Source: Pseudomonadota bacterium
Lineage (GTDB): Bacteria; Campylobacterota; Campylobacteria; Campylobacterales; Campylobacteraceae
NCBI GenBank assembly: GCA_002746565.1
Contig: PDPI01000023.1
Location: 16,037 to 80,036, forward strand
Length of the DNA: 64,000 bases
Direction: 5' to 3'
The notes beneath the pieces are model-generated. The model saw nothing but the letters and a program-made list of their open reading frames with translations. It had not been told where the DNA came from and ran no database searches. The position numbers were made by a program, and so were the translations under genes. How positions within the stretch are numbered: position 1 is the stretch's first letter; each line of letters opens with the position of its first letter. Shown here in pieces: positions 19,158 through 29,056 of the stretch.

Positions 19158-20194
19158 CTAAACTGCTCCAATAAACGCAAATCCCCCTCATAAAGCGATC
19201 TTAGATCTGGTATTTGATGCTTTAGCATGGCAATTCTCTCTATGCCTAACCCAAAGGCATATCCGCTTACATTTTCATAACCAACCGCTTTAAAAACATT
19301 TGCATGAACCTGTCCACATCCTAAGATCTCTATCCAGCCCGTGTGTGAACAAACCCTACATCCTTCATTTTTACAAAAGATACAACTTATATCAACCTCA
19401 GCACTAGGTTCAGTGAAAGGGAAAAAACTAGGTCGAAACCTTACTTTTACATCTCCAAATAAATGGTGCAAAAAATCTTCAAGTATAAATTTCAAATTTG
19501 CAAAAGAAACCTTTTTTTCTTCATCAACTACTAAACCCTCCACTTGATGAAACATGGGAGTGTGAGTTAGATCAAAATCCCTCCTAAAAACAGCCCCTGG
19601 GCATATCATGCGAATGGGTGGGGTTTGGTTTTTCATGGTTCGTATCTGAACTGGGGAAGTGTGGGTTCTTAAAAGTGTGCTATCTTTAAAATAAAAGGTA
19701 TCTTGCATATCCCTTGCTGGATGATAGGGTGGAAGATTTAAGGCTTCAAAGTTGTGAAAATCATCCTCTATAAGTCCACCTTCTTCTATGGAAAAATTCA
19801 TACCAACAAAATATTCAATAACCCTATCCATGGTATCCATAACAGGATGAAGGGCGCCTGAATTTGAGATATTGTTTAGCAAAGTAACATCAAAGGCACT
19901 TTTTTTCATCACCTCTTCATATCTTAGCTCTTCGAGTGATGATTTTTTTTCATTTATAAGAGTTAAAAAACGCTCTTTATCGCCATTTAACTTACTTGCA
20001 TACTCTTTCTTTGCATCGCCTTTTAAATCTTTTAACTTGGCAAATTCTCCCGCAAAAAAACCCTTTTTCCCAAAAACATCCACTCTTATCTTTTCTAATT
20101 CTTTCAAAGAGGTACATTTTTCTATGGAATTATGTAAATGTTCCAACTTAATTACCTTTTTTAATATTTGACATGATTGTAGTAAAATTTTCAT
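19154..20194 (-). CDS. pheS: phenylalanine--tRNA ligase alpha subunit
   Basis: Class II aaRS motifs ([22 protein letters not shown]). An in-frame TTG 16 codons downstream would give a 330-aa product, so the true start is uncertain. Confidence 0.9.
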   Translation of the reverse strand: MKILLQSCQILKKVIKLEHLHNSIEKCTSLKELEKIRVDVFGKKGFFAGEFAKLKDLKGDAKKEYASKLNGDKERFLTLINEKKSSLEELRYEEVMKKSAFDVTLLNNISNSGALHPVMDTMDRVIEYFVGMNFSIEEGGLIEDDFHNFEALNLPPYHPARDMQDTFYFKDSTLLRTHTSPVQIRTMKNQTPPIRMICPGAVFRRDFDLTHTPMFHQVEGLVVDEEKKVSFANLKFILEDFLHHLFGDVKVRFRPSFFPFTEPSAEVDISCIFCKNEGCRVCSHTGWIEILGCGQVHANVFKAVGYENVSGYAFGLGIERIAMLKHQIPDLRSLYEGDLRLLEQFR

Positions 20195-20231
20195 TATAAA
20201 CGAGTTAAATCATAAAATGAGAAATGAAAAA

Positions 20232-21716
20232 TTATTGAAATTTAAGCTTGGGTTTCTTCCTTTTTTTGTATTCGCCATACAAGGGTTGAAACAATAGGGC
20301 TATTATGATAAGCCACAATACTTTAGCTGGAATACTAGCGAAAAATATTCCATATCCGCCTCCAGATATTGTGAGGGCTTGGGAAAAACCATTCTCAGCG
20401 ATCGGTCCTAGTATCATGCCCAAAATTATAGCACTCAAAGAAAAACCTAACTTTTGTAAAAAATATCCCCCAAAGGCAAAAACAAGGGTAAGCCATACAT
20501 CAAATAAACTATTGTGTATAGCATAAGAGCCAACTATGGCAAAAACACTAATGGAAGCTATTAAGATCGGAGCTGATATGGAAGAAATTCGTGCAAAATA
20601 AGGGGCAAAAAATAATCCAATTACTAAAAAAACTATATTTGCAATAAAAAGTGAAATTATAAATCCATAGGTTATAACCCCATGAACACTAAAAAGCTCT
20701 GGCCCAGGAATGAGACCTTGTATCATCAATCCTCCCATAAGTGCTGCGGAGACTGTGTTTCCAGGTATTCCTAAGGTTAGAAGAGGAACCAAAGAGCCAC
20801 CAACACAAGCATTATTTCCACTCTCGGCTGCGGCAATTCCCTCAGGATTTCCTCTTCCAAAAAGTTTTTTTAATCTTGATTTTTGTTTTGCGATATTGTA
20901 AGATAAAAATGCAGCTATTGTGGCACCCTCTCCTGGAATTATACCAACTATGGTACCAACGATTGTGCCTATGCAAATGGGTTTTGTCATTCCCTTTGGC
21001 ATTTTTTCTCGTTTTATTGAGCTTAGATTTGTTGCTTCTTTGCTTATATTTGTTTCACCCGTTAAAGCAAGCATCTGAGTTATGGAAAACATGCCTATGA
21101 GTGCTGGCATAAAAGAAACCCCCTCATATAAATCCACAATATCAAAGGTATATCTTAAAGAGCCGCTCATGGGATCTGTTCCAATAAGAGCTATTATAAG
21201 CCCTAAAAGACCAGAAAGCACCCCTTTGTTTATACCATGATTTGAAACAGATATCACCCCAGTTAGTCCCATAAGGGCTAGCAAAAAATATTCAGGTGGT
21301 CCAAATTTTAGGGCAAAATCAGCCAGTATTGGAGAAATTAAAAGTAAAACAAAAACGGAAAAAATCCCACCTATAAAGCTTGATACCACAGAAACTTTTA
21401 AAGCAAGTCCACCCTTGCCCTTTTTTGTTAGGGGATAGCCCTCTAAAGCGGTCGCTGCAGCCGCTGGAGTACCTGGAGTTGAAAGCAAAATAGCCACGAT
21501 AGAGCCCCCATACATAGCACCAGCATAAACACCTCCCATGATACTCAAGCCAACAAGGGGAGAAAATGAAAAGGTTACAGGTATCAAAAGTGCCACAGCC
21601 ATCGTAGCTGTAAGACCTGGTATTCCACCTATTATTATGCCCGAAATTGTTCCAATAACAATGGCTAAAATAACCTCATAAGACATTACCGCTTGAAAAG
21701 CATCCATTAAAACCAT
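20232..21716 (-). CDS. tctA: tripartite tricarboxylate transporter, large permease
   Basis: 494 aa polytopic protein in the operon order tctC-tctB-tctA. Confidence 0.85.
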   Translation of the reverse strand: MVLMDAFQAVMSYEVILAIVIGTISGIIIGGIPGLTATMAVALLIPVTFSFSPLVGLSIMGGVYAGAMYGGSIVAILLSTPGTPAAAATALEGYPLTKKGKGGLALKVSVVSSFIGGIFSVFVLLLISPILADFALKFGPPEYFLLALMGLTGVISVSNHGINKGVLSGLLGLIIALIGTDPMSGSLRYTFDIVDLYEGVSFMPALIGMFSITQMLALTGETNISKEATNLSSIKREKMPKGMTKPICIGTIVGTIVGIIPGEGATIAAFLSYNIAKQKSRLKKLFGRGNPEGIAAAESGNNACVGGSLVPLLTLGIPGNTVSAALMGGLMIQGLIPGPELFSVHGVITYGFIISLFIANIVFLVIGLFFAPYFARISSISAPILIASISVFAIVGSYAIHNSLFDVWLTLVFAFGGYFLQKLGFSLSAIILGMILGPIAENGFSQALTISGGGYGIFFASIPAKVLWLIIIALLFQPLYGEYKKRKKPKLKFQ

Positions 21717-22168
21717 TCTAATTCTCCAAATATGCTTGATTCTGGCAAGGGAATTTCAAATACATAAACAAATAATCCTTGCACAAAAACAATAACCAAA
21801 ATAGATATAACAAAAATTCCAAGGGGCTTTTTGTATCCCATAAACCACATGGTAAGGCTTAAAAAAATCAAAGATGAGAGGACGAAGCCCAGATACTCCA
21901 TAGACCAAACATAGAAAATTAAAAAGAAAATTAAATAAACAAATCCCTTTAGATCCTTTGCAAAAATTATCTTTTCTTTTTGATTTGCTATAAAGGATTT
22001 TAAAAGTTCAAAACAAGCGCTAGCAATCAAACTTATGGCTAAAAATTTGATATAAAAACCAGTCGTTACGATGGACGAAGCTTTTAGATCAAGGGTGCTC
22101 TTATATAAAAGCACCCCTAAAACTATAAAAATTAAGCTAATAAAAATATTTGCATATTTATTAGTCAT
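21707..22168 (-). CDS. tctB: tripartite tricarboxylate transporter, small permease
   Basis: 153 aa with 4 predicted TM helices. Lies between tctC and tctA. Confidence 0.75.
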   Translation of the reverse strand: MTNKYANIFISLIFIVLGVLLYKSTLDLKASSIVTTGFYIKFLAISLIASACFELLKSFIANQKEKIIFAKDLKGFVYLIFFLIFYVWSMEYLGFVLSSLIFLSLTMWFMGYKKPLGIFVISILVIVFVQGLFVYVFEIPLPESSIFGELEWF

Positions 22169-22174
22169 AATAAA

Positions 22175-23116
22175 TTACCAAGGCGAAACGTCATAAACTT
22201 TTTGGGTTGTTCCTTGAAGCTTATCAAGATAATCGGCATAGGTTTTACCATCCATTGGATCTAAAAAGATGTAAGTATTTGAACATTTTTTGATAAAATC
22301 AGGATCATTTACAACCTTTTTATACAAATCTTCTATCTTTTTATAAATATCATCTTTTACCTTGCTATCAACCACATAACCCCTTGTGGCTGTCATTAAA
22401 ACATCAAAATTTTGCTCAATCGCTGTTGATACATCAGGAGCAAACTCGGAGCGCTTTTTAGATAAAATAGCAATAATTCTTGCTTTTTTAGCCTTATGTT
22501 GGGAAAGCATTTGGGATAAATTCATAAAAGATGCATCTATATGATTTCCTAAAATTGCAGCTTTTTGCTCGGTTGAACCCTTTGTTGGCATTAAATTAAA
22601 TTCAACCCCTGATAATTTTTCAAAGTTTTTAGCAGCTAAAAAGTCATCACTTCCTATGCCATTAACCGCAACGGTAAGCTTCTTTTTCTTGGCTAGTTTA
22701 ACTAGATCAGATAGGTTTTTGATAGGGCTAGATGGATGAACTACTACGATACCAGGATCTTCAGCTATATTTCCAACTACTTTAAAATCTTTCATGGTAT
22801 ATTTTGCTCTCTTAGCAACTATGTGGGCAACAAGCTGTGGGGTAAACACAAGCCCCCAAGTATAACCATCTGGCTTACTTCTAGCAATGGCTTCAAAGCC
22901 TATCAAACCGCCTGCTCCAGGTTTATTTACAACCATAAAATCGGCATCTTTCCAATATTTTTTCGCCACATCAGCAAAAAGCCTAGCTGTGGTATCAGTT
23001 GAGCCTCCAGCCTTTGATGGAACCACAAGCTGAATAGTCTTTGATGGATAAGCCCCATATAAATTTAGGGCAAAAAAAGCCAAAACAAGAAATAGATTTC
23101 TAAACATCTTTGTCAT
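22175..23116 (-). CDS. tctC: tripartite tricarboxylate transporter substrate-binding protein (Bug family)
   Basis: 313 aa with a signal peptide and the Bug/TctC-like motifs GGSTDT and NKPGAGG. Confidence 0.85.
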   Translation of the reverse strand: MTKMFRNLFLVLAFFALNLYGAYPSKTIQLVVPSKAGGSTDTTARLFADVAKKYWKDADFMVVNKPGAGGLIGFEAIARSKPDGYTWGLVFTPQLVAHIVAKRAKYTMKDFKVVGNIAEDPGIVVVHPSSPIKNLSDLVKLAKKKKLTVAVNGIGSDDFLAAKNFEKLSGVEFNLMPTKGSTEQKAAILGNHIDASFMNLSQMLSQHKAKKARIIAILSKKRSEFAPDVSTAIEQNFDVLMTATRGYVVDSKVKDDIYKKIEDLYKKVVNDPDFIKKCSNTYIFLDPMDGKTYADYLDKLQGTTQKVYDVSPW

Positions 23117-23191
23117 AATAGATCTCCTTTAAATAAAATAAATTAACGCCATAATAGCATAATTAAAATAAGATTTGAATTATTTTTCCCA

Positions 23192-23317
23192 ATGGCACTG
23201 ACTAAATGGGGATTTACTCAGTGCCGAAAACGGATTACAGATTACGGAAAACAGATAACTAGTAAGGTAAGCATTTTTTCAAAATGCCATTTATTTTTAT
23301 GTTATTTTGTCAGTGCC
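23192..23317 (+). mobile_element. dispersed structured element, copy 4 (archetype, full length)
   Basis: AT, then H1 at 23194-23225, 5 heptamers at 23226-23260, H2 at 23271-23287, a T-rich tail and GTCAGTGCC at 23309-23317. Flanked by TTCCCA (23186-23191) and TTCCAA (23318-23323). Confidence 0.9.
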
Positions 23318-23381
23318 TTCCAAATGAGATATATATTTTACAAAAAAATGATATAATAGCCCAAAAAATAAGGAGAAAAAT

Positions 23382-23738
23382 ATGACAATATTTGAAAAAA
23401 TCGTGGCAGGGGAGATTCCATGCAACAAGGTCTTGGAAAATGATGATTTTTTAGCCTTCCATGACATAAATCCAAAGGCTCCCATTCATATTCTTATTAT
23501 CCCAAAGGTTTGTATTAAGGATTTTGAAGAGGTCAGCCCTGAAGTTATGGCCGGACTTACTAGCTTTACCCAAGAGCTTACAAAACTTTTAGGTTTAGAT
23601 AAAAATGGGTATAGATTGATTACAAATATAGGTAAAGATGGAGGACAAGAGGTTCCCCACTTGCATTTTCATTTGCTAGGTGGAGCAAAGCTTATATGGC
23701 CCCATCTAAGCGATGCAGATCCAAAGGGAAGTTTTTGA
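23382..23738 (+). CDS. HIT-family (Hint-like) nucleotide hydrolase
   Basis: 118 aa with the histidine-triad motif HLHFHLLGG. Confidence 0.9.
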   Translation: MTIFEKIVAGEIPCNKVLENDDFLAFHDINPKAPIHILIIPKVCIKDFEEVSPEVMAGLTSFTQELTKLLGLDKNGYRLITNIGKDGGQEVPHLHFHLLGGAKLIWPHLSDADPKGSF

Positions 23739-23741
23739 TTT

Positions 23742-24506
23742 TCACAGGGGCAAATTTACAAATTCATAATCTTTAAGATCACAAAAAAGTAAGTCTTGAA
23801 AATTAAAATTTTTATTTAACAATAAGTTTATACAAAAGGATGCTTGAAGTGAGGCACAATTTGAAGCAGTAAATGCTAAATTTCCGTATATCTCTTCGGC
23901 TCCTTTTTTATTTGTTTTATAAAGATTTTTTGTTTTTGCGGAAGTGCTAACTTGTAAAACTGAGCCCCCAATGGCTCCGTGAACGAATTTTTTAAAATGT
24001 TTTTCACACCACAAAGCAAGTAGCTTTTTTGTTTTTACATCATCCACGCAGTCAACTACAACATGAGCTTTTTTGAGTAATTTATCTATATTTTTTTCAT
24101 CTAAATACTTTGGTTTTTTGTGAATTTTTAATGCTGGATTTATAAGTAAGAGGTTTTCTTTTAAAACATCTACTTTTTTTACATGTAAAGTATTTAAATT
24201 TGAAAAATTTTGTCGATTTAAATTGTGTTCACAAAAGCTATCCCTATCTATTAGAGTAAGCTTTCCAACTCCAATTCTAGCCAACAACTCCGCCACATTT
24301 CCCCCAAGTCCACCGCATCCAACTATGCAGACATGGGCTTTAAAAAGCCTAAATTGCTCATGTTGGGATATGGTATTTTGATTTCTTTTAAAACGCAAAG
24401 GGGTAAGCCCTTTTTTGAAGACCTTTCTTTCGATTTGCCTAAAAGAGAGCTTAGTTTTTTTTAGTTTTTTTTGATAATATTTCAATGAAACAAATCTTTG
24501 CCCCAT
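23742..24506 (-). CDS. ThiF/MoeB/HesA-family adenylyltransferase (E1-like)
   Basis: 254 aa with the nucleotide loop IVGCGGLGGNVAELLARIGVG and NLNRQ. Its ATG overlaps the upstream stop (ATGA). Confidence 0.8.
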   Translation of the reverse strand: MGQRFVSLKYYQKKLKKTKLSFRQIERKVFKKGLTPLRFKRNQNTISQHEQFRLFKAHVCIVGCGGLGGNVAELLARIGVGKLTLIDRDSFCEHNLNRQNFSNLNTLHVKKVDVLKENLLLINPALKIHKKPKYLDEKNIDKLLKKAHVVVDCVDDVKTKKLLALWCEKHFKKFVHGAIGGSVLQVSTSAKTKNLYKTNKKGAEEIYGNLAFTASNCASLQASFCINLLLNKNFNFQDLLFCDLKDYEFVNLPL

Positions 24507-24736
24507 CAGCCACCGCCAACCTTTGGAAATAGGCTTAAAATATCCCCATCTTGAAGCTCAGTTTGCTCATCTGCATGGCGAGAATTTATCATCAAAACCC
24601 CCAAGGGCAGTTTGTGATTTGCAATACCATACATATCCATCACATCAACTGCCTTTGTTCCTTTTTCTAACTCCAATTCCTTAATCTTAAAAAGATTTTC
24701 GCGATATTGGGCAAAAAGTTTCAGGGTTATTTTCAT
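24506..24736 (-). CDS. MoaD/ThiS-family sulfur-carrier protein (C-terminal GG)
   Basis: 76 aa starting MKITLKLFAQ and ending FPKVGGG. The ATG at 24734-24736 overlaps the AOR stop (ATGA); the track start at 24748 is a less likely alternative. Confidence 0.75.
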   Translation of the reverse strand: MKITLKLFAQYRENLFKIKELELEKGTKAVDVMDMYGIANHKLPLGVLMINSRHADEQTELQDGDILSLFPKVGGG

Positions 24737-26508
24737 GCAAAATTCCAAAACTCATCAATTTCCTTGTTTGTAAAATCCCAAGTTACATTGTGGGGCGGTA
24801 AGGTTTCGTATTTCATAAATTCAGGCATTCTATCATCGGCACTTGTAAATCCAGCTCTTTTATTAAAATCTCTTTCAATTTTTAATATGTTTTTGCCAAG
24901 ATTTGTAACATCATCCCCTGTTAAATTTACACCAAATCTAGCATTTATCATATCAATCAAAGCTGGTAAACATTTTGGATCATCAAGGGCAGGAAAGGCA
25001 ACAAAAATACACATGCCCGTACTATCAACTGCTGCTGATGCTATCTGGAGATTTCTTGAGAGCTCCACTTGTCCATCTTTTTTGAGTGGATCCACATAGC
25101 CACCGCTATTTAGGATATTTGTTGCAACTGCATATCCTGCTGTGTGATCAGCTCCCATGGGAGTGGTAACATAGGTAACACCCTGGCCCTTAACAGCCCT
25201 TGGCTCATAGGCAGGAATGGCTTGATTTTTAACCACTGGCACACGAACTAAACCATAAAGTTTACCTAGATTTCCAGTTCCCCCACCTATGATGCGCCCA
25301 AGAGGAGTACCATTTGCAAGTTCTTCTTTTATGAGTCTGTAAGCCTCTTTTCCATCTCCGTATTTTAAAATACCAGCATCAACAGCTAAACCTAAAGTAA
25401 CACTAGTCTCTATGGTATCAAGTCCTAAATCATCCATAAGAGCGTCTAGTTTTGCTATCAAGTCCAAATCTTTTATGCCTAAATTTGCCCCCATTGCCCA
25501 AATACTTTCATATTCAAAGCCAGAGGTAAGGTATTTTCCTTTTTTGTCATTGTAAACTTGAGAGCATTGTATAACACATCCAGCATGGCATCCGTGAGTT
25601 GTCTTGCCCCCTCTATCTTTAATGTTTTCAGCCATGGTTTCACCGCAAATCTCCTCTGCAAACTCAAAATTTCCTTCCCTAAAATTTCTAGTTGGCAAAC
25701 CGCCAGCTTCGTTGATGATGTTTACCAAAACATTGGTTCCAAAAGCAGGTAATCCCTCGCCACTGATTGGATTTTCTTTTAAGGCTTTAGTGAAGATTTT
25801 ATTTGCTTCTTTAAATTTTTGTGGATCATGCAAGGTCGCTTCTTTATACTTTTCACTATCGATAGTAATACATTTTATCTTTTTTGAACCCATAACGGCT
25901 CCTAAGCCACCACGCCCATGACTTCTTAGCTTGCCTTGTGGGTCTTTTACGGAAACATTAGAGGTTAACATCCTCATCTCCCCAGGTCTTCCTATGCTCA
26001 TAACAGCTACTTTTTTATTGTATTTTTCAAGCATGGAATCTAGTACAAAATAATTATCCTTTCCAACTAACTCGGGACAGGGTGTAAATTCGACCTTATC
26101 TTTTGTTACATGCAAATGGTAAAAATCATCGCCCTCAGGAATATTTTCGATTATCAAAGCTTTAACTCCAAGTTTAGCCATAATTCCAGCACTGGTTCCG
26201 CCTACATTACTTTCTTTAATGCCTCCTGTTAGGGGGCTTTTTGCTCCCAAAGAATTTCTACCAGAATTTGAAGCTGCGGTTCCAGAAAGAAGCCCTGGGC
26301 AAAAAACCATTTTGTTATTTGGTCCTAGTGAATGACACTCTGGGTCAACCTCTTTTGCAACTATGGTAGAAGTTAAACCTCTGCCACCAAGCCCCATCCA
26401 CTCCGTTGGAACATCTTCGATCTTGTAAGTTAGATTTTTCATATCTACTCTGTATATTTTATCTGCCATGGGCAATCCTTTTATTTTGTGATTTAATCCA
26501 TTATACAT
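24733..26508 (-). CDS. aldehyde:ferredoxin oxidoreductase (tungstopterin AOR family)
   Basis: 591 aa with AOR N-terminal and alpha-helical domain patterns (GGRGLTS, GLGAVMGSKK, Cys cluster HGCHAGCVIQC). Confidence 0.85.
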   Translation of the reverse strand: MYNGLNHKIKGLPMADKIYRVDMKNLTYKIEDVPTEWMGLGGRGLTSTIVAKEVDPECHSLGPNNKMVFCPGLLSGTAASNSGRNSLGAKSPLTGGIKESNVGGTSAGIMAKLGVKALIIENIPEGDDFYHLHVTKDKVEFTPCPELVGKDNYFVLDSMLEKYNKKVAVMSIGRPGEMRMLTSNVSVKDPQGKLRSHGRGGLGAVMGSKKIKCITIDSEKYKEATLHDPQKFKEANKIFTKALKENPISGEGLPAFGTNVLVNIINEAGGLPTRNFREGNFEFAEEICGETMAENIKDRGGKTTHGCHAGCVIQCSQVYNDKKGKYLTSGFEYESIWAMGANLGIKDLDLIAKLDALMDDLGLDTIETSVTLGLAVDAGILKYGDGKEAYRLIKEELANGTPLGRIIGGGTGNLGKLYGLVRVPVVKNQAIPAYEPRAVKGQGVTYVTTPMGADHTAGYAVATNILNSGGYVDPLKKDGQVELSRNLQIASAAVDSTGMCIFVAFPALDDPKCLPALIDMINARFGVNLTGDDVTNLGKNILKIERDFNKRAGFTSADDRMPEFMKYETLPPHNVTWDFTNKEIDEFWNFA

Positions 26509-26681
26509 TAATTTTGGAAAAATAATAACAAAATTAAGAAAAAATCATATATGTTTTTTGGGCATATATGTTTTTACACAACTTTTGAGGATATTATAAT
26601 ATGAATTTTTAGAATATTTTAATATGGGGGGACAATTTACTTATAAAAAATAAATTTTGGAAAAAATATTTGATTATTTGT

Positions 26682-28070
26682 TTAAAATTTTAAGCCATCT
26701 AACCACTTTTGTAAGCTTTCTATCTGTTTTAAAGTTGAAGCAGTGGACGTTCCGCCTTTTCCGTCTCTTGCGTTCATGGAAACTTCCAGGGGTAAACATT
26801 CCATTACTTTTTTGCTAATCCTATTATCAATTTCTTTGATATATTTATATTCAAGCTCACTTAGATCTACTCCCAAACTCTCAGCTTTTGCAACCACTTT
26901 TCCGGTTATAAAGTGGGCCTCTCGAAAGGGAATTTTACACTCGCTAACTAAAAAATCAGCTAGATCAGTAGCACTTAGATGCCCTTTTTTACATGAAAGG
27001 AGCATATTTTCTTTATTTATACTTAGGCTTTTTAGGGCTTCGTTTAAAATTTTAAGGGAAATTTGAGCGTTTTCCACACTATCAAAAACGCCTTCCTTAT
27101 CCTCTTGGGTGTCTTTATTGTAAGCTAGTGGTAAGCCTTTCATAACGGTTAGTAAGCCCATCAAATTTCCATAAACCCTTCCGGTTTTTCCTCGCATAAG
27201 TTCTGGAATATCAGGGTTTTTTTTCTGGGGCATGATGGAGCTTCCGGTGGAATATTCATCACTAAAGCTAAGATAGCCAAACTCACTACTAGACCACAAA
27301 ACCAACTCTTCACAAAGCCTTGAAATATGCATAAAAAGGGTCGAAATATTAAACAAAATCTCCAAAGCAAAATCCCTATCACTAACCGTATCAAGGCAAT
27401 TTTCACTCACCCTAACAAAGCCCAAAAGCTTTGCAACTTCTTCCCTATCAATCGGATGGGGAGTTCCAGCTAATGCACCACATCCTAGGGGCAAAACATT
27501 GTTTCTTTTGTGTGAACTTTCAAATCTTTCGCAATCGCGCTTTAGCATATGAGCATAGGCTAGTAAATGAAATCCAAAATTAATAGGCTGGGCATGTTGA
27601 AGGTGGGTCATACCAGGAAGAAGGGTATCTGTATGCTCTTTTGCCATGTCTAAAAGGGTTTTTATAAGCTTTAATATAAGAGAATGTAGAGATTTTGTAT
27701 TTTGCAAAACATAAAGTCTAAAATCAAGGGCAACCTGGTCATTTCTACTCCTTGCGGTGTGGAGCTTTCCGCCTACTGATCCAACCAACTGGGTTAATCT
27801 TTTCTCAATCGCCATATGAATATCTTCATCGCTTATATCAAAGACAAATTCACCCTTTTCGATTTCAGTTTCTATCTTTTTTAAACCATCTATTAGGGTA
27901 TCTCTTTCATTTTTGCTTATAATATCTTGCTTAGCCAGCATAGTCGCATGGGCGATTGAGCCTTGAATATCTTGCTTATAAAGCTTTCTATCGAATTCTA
28001 AAGAAGCATTAAAAGCATCTAATAATCTAGCACTTTTTTTGCTAAATCTCCCTGCCCACATTTTTTGCAT
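26682..28070 (-). CDS. argH: argininosuccinate lyase
   Basis: 462 aa with the fumarate-lyase signature [12 protein letters not shown]. Confidence 0.95.
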   Translation of the reverse strand: MQKMWAGRFSKKSARLLDAFNASLEFDRKLYKQDIQGSIAHATMLAKQDIISKNERDTLIDGLKKIETEIEKGEFVFDISDEDIHMAIEKRLTQLVGSVGGKLHTARSRNDQVALDFRLYVLQNTKSLHSLILKLIKTLLDMAKEHTDTLLPGMTHLQHAQPINFGFHLLAYAHMLKRDCERFESSHKRNNVLPLGCGALAGTPHPIDREEVAKLLGFVRVSENCLDTVSDRDFALEILFNISTLFMHISRLCEELVLWSSSEFGYLSFSDEYSTGSSIMPQKKNPDIPELMRGKTGRVYGNLMGLLTVMKGLPLAYNKDTQEDKEGVFDSVENAQISLKILNEALKSLSINKENMLLSCKKGHLSATDLADFLVSECKIPFREAHFITGKVVAKAESLGVDLSELEYKYIKEIDNRISKKVMECLPLEVSMNARDGKGGTSTASTLKQIESLQKWLDGLKF

Positions 28071-28196
28071 TTTGTTACCTTTTTTTTGGATAATGAATCT
28101 TGATTGTAAAAGTCGAAAAAATTAAAAAGAAAATCCAGCCTCAAGCTTTATTGCATTAACAAAAGACTGGATAAAATTTATATAGACAATAAACTA

Positions 28197-28922
28197 CTAC
28201 CTACAAACATCCACTATATATTCTGCTTTGGGATACAAGTATATTTCAACCCTTCTATTTAATGCCATGTTCGCTGCACTTGTATTTGGTGCAACGGGTT
28301 TATCATAAGAGCAACCCTTTGAAAATACTTGATTTCCTATGCCAGAATTTAATATGGTATTTCCCACATTTGAAGCTCTTTTTTCCGATAAGGTTTTGTT
28401 GTAAGCGTAAGTTCCCCTGCTATCTGTGTAACCAACAACTTGAACTATGGTTTTTGGATATTTATTCAATATAGCACCAACCTTTGCTGTCTTAGACTGG
28501 GCACTTAGGGTTGGAACCGATGAATTGGTTGTAAACATCATCTTATCCCTAAACATTATCTTAACATATCTATCCGTATTGGAAACTATCAAGTCATTTG
28601 AAGGATCTAAAGCTGCATTTGGATCGTTATTAACATCTGTATTTAAACTTCCAGCAACCTCTTTTGCCTGTTTACTTATGCTATAACCAATAGCACCACC
28701 TATGGCAGCACCTGCAGCAGCTCCTATGACTTTATTTCTTCCTTTGCTTCTTCCGCCTATATTGTTACCTAGAGCGATTCCAGCAAGGGCACCAATGGCA
28801 CTACCTATAAGAACCGAGCTGTTTGGTCCAGATGCTTGTCCTGGAGAATTTCCAGCACATCCTATTAGCATACTAGCTGCCACAACAGAGGCTATGGCAG
28901 ATTTTATATTTATAATTTTCAT
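28197..28922 (-). CDS. OmpA-family lipoprotein with a glycine-zipper region
   Basis: 241 aa with lipobox MLIGC, Gly-rich GxxxG repeats and a C-terminal OmpA domain (VVGYTDSRGTYAYNKTLSEKRA). Confidence 0.85.
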   Translation of the reverse strand: MKIINIKSAIASVVAASMLIGCAGNSPGQASGPNSSVLIGSAIGALAGIALGNNIGGRSKGRNKVIGAAAGAAIGGAIGYSISKQAKEVAGSLNTDVNNDPNAALDPSNDLIVSNTDRYVKIMFRDKMMFTTNSSVPTLSAQSKTAKVGAILNKYPKTIVQVVGYTDSRGTYAYNKTLSEKRASNVGNTILNSGIGNQVFSKGCSYDKPVAPNTSAANMALNRRVEIYLYPKAEYIVDVCR

Positions 28923-29029
28923 ATTAAATCCTTTTTTTAATTGTTTTTAATTATATTTTCTCAAAGTTAAAAAATTGTGAATTGCACCAACAATTTGCAA
29001 AATAAACCCCAAGATACTATTAGATCACC

Positions 29030-29054
29030 AAAAGCCCTATTTAAAAGGGCTTTT
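29030..29054 (-). terminator. putative intrinsic terminator downstream of pckA
   Basis: AAAAGCCCT-(atttaaa)-AGGGCTTTT, 2 nt after the pckA stop. Confidence 0.5.
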
Positions 29055-29056
29055 AT

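Noticed and set aside
23297-23485. 62-aa ORF (minus strand), and the similar 39144-39383 (79 aa, plus strand), overlapping copies of the dispersed element.
   Set aside because: The reading frames are generated by the repeat sequence itself and are not conserved in frame between copies. The 23297-23485 ORF also overlaps the start of the HIT gene on the other strand.
26626-26631. G6 run upstream of the AOR gene, and G6/C6 runs inside hisG (46364-46369) and coaX (47121-47126).
   Set aside because: These are below the length usually associated with slipped-strand phase variation, and the intragenic ones sit in intact reading frames that encode conserved residues.
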